From positions 1 through 15,903 of the forward strand of contig JBBSJT010000052.1 of assembly GCA_038257035.1 (NCBI GenBank): a DNA stretch of 15,903 nucleotides, in the 5' to 3' direction. A program made the position numbers and the translations under genes. The notes beneath the pieces are model-generated. The model worked only from the letters and a program-made list of their open reading frames with translations, was not told the DNA's origin and searched no databases. Positions 7,555 to 15,846 of this stretch are shown in pieces (position 1 is the first letter of the stretch; each line of letters begins with the position of its first letter). The stretch is from Chlamydiia bacterium. GTDB lineage: Bacteria > Chlamydiota > Chlamydiia > Chlamydiales > Parachlamydiaceae.

Positions 7555-9747
7555 TTATAGAGAATCGGCCATTGCTTTAACGATGTTATTAAAAATATCA
7601 TCAGGAATCATGAAAAGATTAGAACCTTGATCGTTTTGACCGGATTTTAATGCTATTCCTGATTTTATCACCTGTTTTTTCCAAGCTTTCTCCACTTCTT
7701 CTAGAGCTTCTTTCAAGTGAGCTTTTACATCTTCAAATCTAGACGAGTCAATTTTTTCTAAAAGAATATCTTTAATATTTTTATCAAAATGATTTTTTGC
7801 ATCTAAGTTAAAACCAATCTCAGCAAGAAGTTTGAAGCACTCCGAAACATTCAAATGACTTTTATAATTTATAAGATTTTCATAAATTATATCATGCTGC
7901 TCTTTTTCTGTAAACATCCCGGCAGAAATTTTTTTATCTTCCATAAGAGCAATTGCAAGCTTTGAATTTTTAAACTTTTGAATGCTATTTTCGAAAACTG
8001 CCTTTTTATCTGAATTAGAAGCTTTATCCCATATTATACGGCCAACTTCCACATTATCATCGTTGCTTATTTGCATTAAAAAATAGCGACTGGTAACAAA
8101 AAATTCTAAAAGCTTTTTATCGATTTTTTCTTTTGGAAAACTCTTCTCAAGTTTTTTTTGAAGCGACTCTAAATGTTGTGTTGGAATCTTTCTTATAAAT
8201 GAAAATTTTATCGGAGGTTTTTCAATTGACTGCACAAAATTAATTAATGAAATGATTGTTTCTGGTTTATGAATTGGAATACCTCTAGTGAAATCATAAA
8301 TGTCATCTAGCATACGTTCTTTTACACTTACAGAATTTTTTCCTTTAGCATCAATATTAAATCCTAAACGTGACAAGATTTTCAACCATTTCATGTGTAG
8401 TTCTGAGAAATTATGAACACCAAAATTTTGCAGTTCATATTGCTCTGCTTCAGTAAAAATTTCAGGGGGAATTTTTTTATTATCGATGAGGTAATTTAAA
8501 ATCTTATCATTACTTCTAGACGTTTTCGATAAATAAATGAAGGCTTTAGCTTTGTCCTTATCTAATGAATGGTCCCAAAGCCAAGAAAAAATCTTCACTT
8601 CAGAATTTGACCAAAGAGAGGAATCAAAAGCTGGAAGAATATTTGCCAAATTAGTAGTAAATTCAGGGAAATTCTTTTTATTATCAATGAGGAACTCTAA
8701 AATTGTTTTATTAGATTTAAGGTGATAAGGACTCTCTAAAAAAGAATTTAAGGCTTTAACTTTTTCTACATCTGATGAAACATTCCATACATAAGAGAAA
8801 ATCTTCATTTCATAATCTGACCAACAAGGGGAATTAAAAGCTGACAACTTATTTTCTATGTTGCTAAAAACTTCTTCTGAAATTTTTTGATTATTTATAA
8901 GATGCTCTAAAATCATTTTATTAGAGTTAAGATCACGAGAACTCTCTAAAAAAGAGGTTAAGGCTTTAATCTTTCCTGCATTTGAAGAATGATCCCAAAT
9001 AGAAGAAAAAATCTTCACCGCGTTCTCAGACCATATATGAAGCTTGAATGTTAAAAGGCTTTCTAACTTCGAGAAAACTTGCCCAGCAATCTTATTATTA
9101 TCAAATAAAAAATTTAAAACTTTGTTAAAATAATTTTTACTGTATTTTACATTAGAAATTAAAAAATTAACTTTTTCTGCATCCGATGTATGATCCCAAA
9201 TACAAGAAATGAGATCTACATCACAATCATAAATCCCACTGTATTGTTGAATTAGGGTTTGATTTTTTGAGTCTGGCTTGCTCCAATCAACATCTTTATT
9301 TTTTAAAAGAAGCTTAATAAGCTCATTATTATGTATTATCATCGAAAAAACAGAATCGGAAGGTTTTTCATTATTAATAAATTGATTAATTGCCGCTTGA
9401 TCCTTCGCACGATCAGTTAAGGAAGCATCCAATTTATAGCAAAGGACACCTAATGCGCAAATGCCAATAAGTATTGTTGCGGGTGTTGCAGTCGAGGCTA
9501 CAGCTATGAATGTTACGGATGAGTTCGAGCTAACGATATATGGAAAAGCTAACCTAGCAAGCGTTGGAACGTAAGTGCTACAACCTAGACTTAAACCAAA
9601 GAGCACTATAATTCGCCGGTCAAGAATCCAGCCGTCCGCCTCTGGTAAATCATCACCTTTGGAATCTCTTTGTAAGGCTGGTGAAATGAATGGAATGCTT
9701 TTATATGCTTCCTTTGCCAAATAGCTGAAATTATTTAAATTCGTCAT
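7555..9747 (-). CDS. Hypothetical 730-aa repeat protein, putative host-directed effector (N-terminal hydrophobic hairpin, ~70-aa repeats, ankyrin-like segments, C-terminal F-box-like motif)
   Basis: Long ORF; hydrophobic aa ~46-104; repeats KIFS.(I/V/L)W..S....K.KA with a 210-bp DNA period; C-terminus NLFMIPDDIFNNIVKAM. Confidence 0.8.
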   Translation of the reverse strand: MTNLNNFSYLAKEAYKSIPFISPALQRDSKGDDLPEADGWILDRRIIVLFGLSLGCSTYVPTLARLAFPYIVSSNSSVTFIAVASTATPATILIGICALGVLCYKLDASLTDRAKDQAAINQFINNEKPSDSVFSMIIHNNELIKLLLKNKDVDWSKPDSKNQTLIQQYSGIYDCDVDLISCIWDHTSDAEKVNFLISNVKYSKNYFNKVLNFLFDNNKIAGQVFSKLESLLTFKLHIWSENAVKIFSSIWDHSSNAGKIKALTSFLESSRDLNSNKMILEHLINNQKISEEVFSNIENKLSAFNSPCWSDYEMKIFSYVWNVSSDVEKVKALNSFLESPYHLKSNKTILEFLIDNKKNFPEFTTNLANILPAFDSSLWSNSEVKIFSWLWDHSLDKDKAKAFIYLSKTSRSNDKILNYLIDNKKIPPEIFTEAEQYELQNFGVHNFSELHMKWLKILSRLGFNIDAKGKNSVSVKERMLDDIYDFTRGIPIHKPETIISLINFVQSIEKPPIKFSFIRKIPTQHLESLQKKLEKSFPKEKIDKKLLEFFVTSRYFLMQISNDDNVEVGRIIWDKASNSDKKAVFENSIQKFKNSKLAIALMEDKKISAGMFTEKEQHDIIYENLINYKSHLNVSECFKLLAEIGFNLDAKNHFDKNIKDILLEKIDSSRFEDVKAHLKEALEEVEKAWKKQVIKSGIALKSGQNDQGSNLFMIPDDIFNNIVKAMADSL

Positions 9748-9900
9748 AAAATCTCTTAATTAAATTACATTAAAAGAAATCATATCAAAAATTTAATTAC
9801 AAAACAACAATTAAAAAAATTCTTATTACAAACGAAACTTTGGTTTTTGACGGAAGAATCATTAATAACTGGAGTCTTTGAAACTACTCCTGGCAAGAGG

Positions 9901-10344
9901 TCAAACTTCTTTCTTTTCGTTTTCGAAAGTAATTTTCAGAGTTTTTTCGTCAAATTTAAGTCCTTTGTAGATGTTTAAGAGGCTAAAGTCACTTCCTACC
10001 TTTTCGTCGATACGATTAATTATCTCGCTTTTTTCCATAATCTCTTTCATTTCCGGTGATTTTTCACATTGTTCAAAATGAAATCTAATGACTCGGCTTT
10101 TCATTTTTTCTATTTTAGTGGGGTCGTTATCTAGCATTTTAAAAAAAGAAAAAAACACTGTTTGAACTTTTAAAAAAAACTGATTTACTTTACCTAAAAA
10201 ATCGTTTGCCTTGTATGAAGTGATCATAAGTGTTTTACCGCAATAGATCGCTAATTTAGGCTCCAAACCTTGAGCTTGGCAATAATCAAAATAATGCAAA
10301 ACCGGAACATTATGTAATTGATCAGGATTGTATGTCATAGTCAT
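9901..10344 (-). CDS. Hypothetical protein
   Basis: 147-aa ORF with SD-like agagggg upstream, co-oriented with its neighbours. No family recognised. Confidence 0.65.
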   Translation of the reverse strand: MTMTYNPDQLHNVPVLHYFDYCQAQGLEPKLAIYCGKTLMITSYKANDFLGKVNQFFLKVQTVFFSFFKMLDNDPTKIEKMKSRVIRFHFEQCEKSPEMKEIMEKSEIINRIDEKVGSDFSLLNIYKGLKFDEKTLKITFENEKKEV

Positions 10345-10389
10345 TCCCCTCTAGTATTTACATAAAAAAATAGAGGAGACCCGTATTTT

Positions 10390-11871
10390 TTACAACTGAT
10401 TTATATTAAAAGCCTTTAAGACCTCATCGAGTTTGTCTTTTTTAACCCAAAGATAGGAATAGACTAGACCTTGATTGAATAAGTTACAATAACAAGACAT
10501 ATGATCAGACAAACAGAGTAACTCTGACAAAACATTTATTAAGTCAATCTCATCTAAATTGACCAACTCTCTATTTACAAACAACACGTAATTTTCTTCA
10601 GATTGTTTATATTTTATATCGGGGAAATCTTTAAATTTAGACTTTATCCAATTTTTCTCAAGACCCTTAATCACTAATTCGTAAATTAATTCAAGAGTTT
10701 TCAAATCGCATCTAGTAGAAGTAATATTGCCTAATCTGATCACTCCATTAGTCACAATGGTTTGCCACATCTGGTTTTCATCTTCAAAACAGCTTGTCGC
10801 TAATCTATTTAAAAAATAAATTAAACGCTCTTTTCCAAAGCCTTTTATAACCAACCGTTTTTCATGATCAAGTTTTGCCATCAGTTGAATCAGCCATTTG
10901 GGTGCATCTGAAATATTATTAAATAAAGGGTTAGTTCTTTTTGATAACGCAAGGGCACACTTTTTAATTTTTGGCATTGACTTTTGAATTTTTTGTGTGG
11001 GATCAAGACCCATTTTGTTAGCTTCCAACATCTCCCAAATGCACATAATAAGCATTTGACTTCGTCTTTGATGGTAGGAGCACTTTAACATTGCCGGAAT
11101 ATCTTCTTTGAAGGCTCCAATTTCGTAAAGGCTAGAAATACCATATTCGCTGCAAAAAATTAAATTTTCGCTCCCTTTTTTTACTTGGAGCTCTTCCAAC
11201 TCGATCTTCTTTATTTCATTACTTTTTAAAGAAATATCGATCTCATAAATGTATTTTGAAGTGGCTTTAAACATAGGGTATTCAAATTGCACAAATTTTG
11301 CTTTCAAACACCTGATAAATAATTTTGATAAAAGATAGGAATCATCAATGCCCGAAGCATGCCTATAAATTTTTATTTCTCCAAAAGGTGTAACTATCCC
11401 TCTTGGAACTTCATGAATGATTAAACCAAAGCCCATAGATGTTTGTATGAATCCTGGAATGGGCTCTCCAAACGACCATCTACCAGTTTTAAATTGGGGT
11501 TCAAAAATGTTTGTAGCTATTTCATAAATGTCTTGTATGATTTGGTAAGCCCTAGCATCACCATTTTTTTGAATGAAATTCCATAACCACTGCCTTGATG
11601 CACTTGTATTTAATTCAGCTGCAAACTGCTCACAGGATTTGCCATACTTATTACTCAACGATTGTAACAATACCGTTGTTACTTCTTGACTGTTTATTTT
11701 CAAAAACAAGCTTTTGCACGTACTTGCTAATTTTCCGACGCAATCCATGACAACGGCTATATCTGCATCATTGATAACGCCCCAACTTCCCGTTTCCTTA
11801 TTAATCTGATTCAAGATTGATCCAATAACATCCCTGCTACACTGTTCAAAACCATTATATAAAGAATTCAT
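10390..11871 (-). CDS. Hypothetical protein with possible N-terminal F-box-like region
   Basis: About 493 aa (ATG at 11871, or GTG at 11877). The N-terminus FEQCSRDVIGSILNQI...VGKLASTCKSLF resembles a degenerate F-box. The remainder is unrecognised. Confidence 0.75.
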   Translation of the reverse strand: MNSLYNGFEQCSRDVIGSILNQINKETGSWGVINDADIAVVMDCVGKLASTCKSLFLKINSQEVTTVLLQSLSNKYGKSCEQFAAELNTSASRQWLWNFIQKNGDARAYQIIQDIYEIATNIFEPQFKTGRWSFGEPIPGFIQTSMGFGLIIHEVPRGIVTPFGEIKIYRHASGIDDSYLLSKLFIRCLKAKFVQFEYPMFKATSKYIYEIDISLKSNEIKKIELEELQVKKGSENLIFCSEYGISSLYEIGAFKEDIPAMLKCSYHQRRSQMLIMCIWEMLEANKMGLDPTQKIQKSMPKIKKCALALSKRTNPLFNNISDAPKWLIQLMAKLDHEKRLVIKGFGKERLIYFLNRLATSCFEDENQMWQTIVTNGVIRLGNITSTRCDLKTLELIYELVIKGLEKNWIKSKFKDFPDIKYKQSEENYVLFVNRELVNLDEIDLINVLSELLCLSDHMSCYCNLFNQGLVYSYLWVKKDKLDEVLKAFNINQL

Positions 11872-12126
11872 TGCCACTCATTTTAATAATAATTGCATTG
11901 TATTTAAAAAGATCAATCTTTTCTAAGAAAAAAAAGGTATATTTTTGAGTGTTACAGGATGGAGATTGTAATTAATGCTCGTCAAGGCCCTTAAGGACCT
12001 TAGCAAAAGATTCAAATATGGGGCCGTTCGAATAGAGAACTAATTTACAAAATCATTAAACACTATTAAATACTTTCATTTATTTTGATATCATGTTATT
12101 CTATTTTATTAAATAGGATCTGATAT

Positions 12127-12708
12127 ATGAACATAGCAAACTTTTCTTTACTAACTGCCGGGATTATCAGCACTTCAGCTTTTAATGTACTCAGTTCAGG
12201 CTTTCGCGGTCTTGTTAATTCCAAAATTTTAAACAGTACAACGACGGGCTCTGGAGATTATACTCAATCGTTCTTCATATCAACCCCATCATACCTAGAC
12301 AAAACTGCTCAATTTATCTCTGATAGTATTAGCTGCATGGGTGCTGCAAATATGGTATTTTGCCTGACCAAAGTTGTTTTTGATCATCAAATGAATCCAA
12401 CCAATTTTATAGGAAGTGCCTTTTTTATTCCTTTGGCCACAAGAAGCATTGTTTGCCTGACAAATTATTGTGGGGTTGGCAAAAGCCAAGCAGAATTTTT
12501 AGATAAAAACTTGGGCAAAATACTTAACGTAGCAACACTTGTTATTTCAGTCGCATCTCTTCCTGCACTTTTATACACAGCAGCAACTATCGGAACTAGC
12601 GGGCTTGCCTATTCATCAGCTACAGTTATCTCAACCACACTTAGTATCGCTGTTATTACGAGCTTATTTGTGAAATTGGATGTGTACTGCCTCTACAAAA
12701 CTTCATAA
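12127..12708 (+). CDS. Hypothetical multi-pass membrane protein (paralog of the next ORF)
   Basis: 193 aa, several hydrophobic segments, agga SD upstream. Confidence 0.75.
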   Translation: MNIANFSLLTAGIISTSAFNVLSSGFRGLVNSKILNSTTTGSGDYTQSFFISTPSYLDKTAQFISDSISCMGAANMVFCLTKVVFDHQMNPTNFIGSAFFIPLATRSIVCLTNYCGVGKSQAEFLDKNLGKILNVATLVISVASLPALLYTAATIGTSGLAYSSATVISTTLSIAVITSLFVKLDVYCLYKTS

Positions 12709-12721
12709 AAGCAAAAATAAA

Positions 12722-13246
12722 ATGAATATACCCACATTTTACTCATTATCAACCGGAATCTTGTCAGCTTCCATTTTTAACATAGTGGGAACGGAATTAG
12801 CAATAGAAGCTAAATCAAGGAAACATGCGGTATTGGTTGAATTTATCGGTAATAACAATCAACATAACAATGCGATAAGACAAAAACTTCAAATTATCGC
12901 AGTTAAATTCGGCGCTTCTTACCTTGGCCGTTGTTTAGGCGCAACGACTATAACTTATACCTTTAATAATGCATTGCTTGGGTATCAAATAAAAACAGTA
13001 ATCTATGTAGCGGGATTTTTTTTCCTTTATCTTTTACCAAAAGTTTTGACTCTCGCACCTTATATAGGTCATGTTTTTAGAATTGAAGAAAAACTCGCGG
13101 GAAAAGTTCTTCATGCCTCCACAATTACGGCGTCAATAGTAATCTTTCCTATGCTTTTACTCAATTCAACAACAGTTTCTTCATTCACATTTGTTGCACT
13201 TACCGGATACACTTTATACATTGATGTTTTTAAAAAAGTTCTTTAA
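12722..13246 (+). CDS. Hypothetical multi-pass membrane protein (paralog of the previous ORF); start moved to ATG at 12722
   Basis: MNIPTFYSLSTGILSASIFNIV aligns with MNIANFSLLTAGIISTSAFNVL of the upstream ORF, and it starts 13 nt after that ORF's stop. Confidence 0.75.
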   Translation: MNIPTFYSLSTGILSASIFNIVGTELAIEAKSRKHAVLVEFIGNNNQHNNAIRQKLQIIAVKFGASYLGRCLGATTITYTFNNALLGYQIKTVIYVAGFFFLYLLPKVLTLAPYIGHVFRIEEKLAGKVLHASTITASIVIFPMLLLNSTTVSSFTFVALTGYTLYIDVFKKVL

Positions 13247-13313
13247 ATTGCTTTTCGCGAAACATCAATTAATCAATCTCGCATTTCTATTTTAATGCGA
13301 AAACAACCGGATG

Positions 13314-13868
13314 TCATTTAAAATAAGCTTTAATAATTTTTTCTGCATTATTCACTGCATCTTTTAACGCAACCTTCTCTGTCAGGCTTAAATCTGAAAA
13401 GACTTTATCAACTGCAACTATGGCAGTTTTTGCATCTGATTTTAATGTGGATTTGGAAACTGCCATATTCTTTCTCAGATTTTCGAGCTGTTTTAACATT
13501 TTCCCTGCGCGCTTACTTATAACTTTTGTATTATCATCTCCGAAAGTAGGATTTCCGGTATATACTTTTGATGCAAAAATCCCTAAAACCTCAAGGAAAT
13601 TAATTGCATTTTTAACATCTTTTTTGCTGGGAGTAAAAAAGTGCGTTCCAATAGTCTTTGCCTTTTCAAATATAACATTTTCAACAACAAGATTGCGGGC
13701 TTCGAAAGACATATTCTGGTTTACATCCCCAGTGTTGAAATCTACAATTTTCGAAATTCCAAGCTCATCACATCTCTTTTTTACTAAGTTTTTTTGTCCT
13801 TCATCCATATTTAAATTATATCGATGATCAATGCTTAGTTCTGATCTGATCAAATCACTGATAAACAT
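13314..13868 (-). CDS. Hypothetical soluble, probably helical protein
   Basis: 184-aa ORF with a strong SD (aaggagg) just upstream of the ATG. Confidence 0.8.
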   Translation of the reverse strand: MFISDLIRSELSIDHRYNLNMDEGQKNLVKKRCDELGISKIVDFNTGDVNQNMSFEARNLVVENVIFEKAKTIGTHFFTPSKKDVKNAINFLEVLGIFASKVYTGNPTFGDDNTKVISKRAGKMLKQLENLRKNMAVSKSTLKSDAKTAIVAVDKVFSDLSLTEKVALKDAVNNAEKIIKAYFK

Positions 13869-14308
13869 ATGTCCTCCTTGACAAATTTCAACTTTTATAT
13901 CATTTATAATTATAACTTGAAAATACTAATACTGTCTAGATTGATTTTTTCTCAATAATTTCATAAATTTATAAAAAAAACCGCTTACTCTTACAAATCC
14001 AAAATATTTTTGACATGATTAAGCTGACATAGTTTTGAAGGGCTTTAAAAAAAATTTTTTATGAAGGAATTTAGAACTAGAGAAGAGTAATGTTCCACTT
14101 TAAAACTACACCAAGACAGGTTTTGAACCAATTCAAAACAGCTTATTTCAAAATAGCAAACGGAAAATTTTTCTAATTTTTCATAAAATTGTAAAAAATA
14201 GTTGTCGTATAAAAAAAATTTCAGGCATATATCGTATACAAAATGAGTTGTTGGCTTTCAACATTCATAACAGAAATTCCTAAAACATTTTTCAAATATA
14301 GGTTTTAT

Positions 14309-14788
14309 ATGAAAAAACATTTAAGCAAACTTTTTGCATTAGTACTAACATTTGCTTGCTTAGCAAGCCCGCTAAACTTGATGGCTGATCACCTGATCAC
14401 AAATAAACAAGTTGCTGGTACTTACCAATTAAGCGGATTTAGCAACAGCTTTCCTGGAGCTCCATTGGGTGTTGAATCACAAGCACTTGTTGGACAAGTT
14501 ACTTTAAATAATGACGGTACTGGCGTAGTAAACTTTGGTAATTTTACTGTTGTAGACATTCTCGGTAATGTTTCGACTTTTCCTCTTGCTGGCGTACAGT
14601 TAACATATGTGCTTGGAGAAGATGGACAAGCTACTTTCACGCTTCTAAACTTCCCTGTAGCTGGTGCTAACCCACAGTTTGCAGTTTCATTCAAAAAACG
14701 TTGCAAGAGAGTTACAGGATTTAGTGGCGTAACTACAGTAAATACTACTTCTAATCTAGTGACAATATTTCAAGCAGAGCGCTTCTAA
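14309..14788 (+). CDS. Secreted beta-strand-rich hypothetical protein; start moved to ATG at 14309
   Basis: Sec signal MKKHLSKLFALVLTFACLASPLNLMA; VAGTYQLSG and alternating beta-strand pattern; ends in Phe; followed by a hairpin. Confidence 0.75.
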   Translation: MKKHLSKLFALVLTFACLASPLNLMADHLITNKQVAGTYQLSGFSNSFPGAPLGVESQALVGQVTLNNDGTGVVNFGNFTVVDILGNVSTFPLAGVQLTYVLGEDGQATFTLLNFPVAGANPQFAVSFKKRCKRVTGFSGVTTVNTTSNLVTIFQAERF

Positions 14789-14839
14789 TAGATTCCTAAA
14801 TTATTGCGTTAAGGTTCATTCTTTCTTGAATTAACCTTC

Positions 14840-14876
14840 TAAAGCAATTCCGGATCTTTTTACCGGAATTGCTTTA
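14840..14876 (+). terminator. Probable intrinsic terminator after the 14309-14788 gene
   Basis: Perfect 14-bp stem taaagcaattccgg / ccggaattgcttta with a 9-nt loop. The U-tract is short. Confidence 0.6.
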
Positions 14877-15107
14877 AACTCCCCTTCTTTAAAACTTCAA
14901 TTTCCAAAAAAAATCATTACAATTGAACGACGATATATGCAAGTACTTGAAAGTGAAAACTTGCAATGCTAATAAAACTTAATTCATATAACTTCTACGA
15001 ATTTTACAAGATATGCAGGATCGCTAAAGGGGCGGACTAGAAGCAGGGTATTATCAACCTCTAATAGATCATGAAGGTAATTTTAAATTGCCTAACATGT
15101 TGGGTTA

Positions 15108-15582
15108 GCACACACGCATTAAGCTAAGGCCTCAAGAAGGGCGGTGCCCTAGCTATTACAACTCTGGCATTCAGCCTGAAAAGACAGTTTTTCAGGGCAA
15201 AGCCCTGGTTTATGAAACCTCATGACAATGGCCAGTGTAGACCGAAGGTGTTAAATTGTACATGTTCCCATAGACCGAAGGTCTTAAATTGCAACAGCCT
15301 AGGGCAGCGCCCTAGGTAAAGAACAATTTAAATATGCAGGGTGAAGGCCTGCAAGAAATAGCTTTATGGCAGCCCTATAGGCTGCGTAATGTTAACTATA
15401 AGTACCTAGGGCGCTGCCCTAGGCTGTTGCAATTTAAGACCTTCGGCCTACAGAATTTTCGGTTTATTATTGTAAAATCCTTAAGTTAACGACATTGGGC
15501 AACGTCCTAGGTATCAGGATGTTATGGTCTTATGCTGAAGGCCAGATTTATAATTACTCTTCTTAGCTTAATGCGTATGTGC
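15108..15582. repeat. Nested cluster of REP-like palindromes (REPIN core 15271-15450 inside older degenerate copies and outer inverted repeats)
   Basis: 48-bp arms 15271-15318 / 15403-15450 (47/48); 15155-15175 / 15534-15554 (18/21); 15108-15128 / 15562-15582 (20/21). Degenerate gggc-nnn-gccct hairpins at 15138-15150, 15193-15207 and 15497-15513. Confidence 0.85.
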
Positions 15583-15766
15583 GTTAGCGAAATCATCTAG
15601 GCTTAGCAATTTAAGTTGAGGAAAAAAATATTAGAAAAATGATCTATGCATTTATCAATAGACTTAGATTCGTTATATACGCTTTAAAGTTTTTAAGCTG
15701 TCAAGGGAGTTTTTTGAGTGAAAACAATATGAATTCTGAATTTGATTCAGGATTATCGGAAAGAAT

Positions 15767-15839
15767 TAGCGGCAGCCGGATTTGAACCGACGACACATGG
15801 ATTATGATTCCATTGCTCTACCGACTGAGCTATGCCGCC
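15767..15839 (-). tRNA. tRNA with CAT anticodon, most likely elongator tRNA-Met
   Basis: The minus strand reads GGCGGCATAGCTCAGTCGGTAGAGCAATGGAATCATAATCCATGTGTCGTCGGTTCAAATCCGGCTGCCGCTA. It folds into a full cloverleaf of 73 nt, lacks the initiator GGG/CCC anticodon stem and has no encoded CCA. tRNA-Ile2 is not strictly excluded. Confidence 0.93.
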
Positions 15840-15846
15840 AAATGAA

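Noticed and set aside
13279..13300. Hairpin tcgcatt...aatgcga between convergent genes
   Set aside because: It has only a 7-bp weak stem with an 8-nt loop, which is insufficient to call a terminator.
13878..13910. Sigma70-like promoter TTGACA...TATAAT
   Set aside because: The spacing is 21 nt rather than ~17, and such hexamers are frequent in this AT-rich DNA.
8537..14706. Antisense ORFs 8537-8725, 12295-12489, 13420-13827 and 14422-14706
   Set aside because: They are nested antisense to longer ORFs that have better start signals or protein features.
15108..15582. CRISPR array interpretation of the repeats
   Set aside because: The repeats are inverted and nested, not direct repeats with regular unique spacers, and there are no cas genes.
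7555..15839. Prophage or integrative element at tRNA-Met
   Set aside because: No integrase, phage gene or duplicated tRNA 3' end (att) was found in the window.
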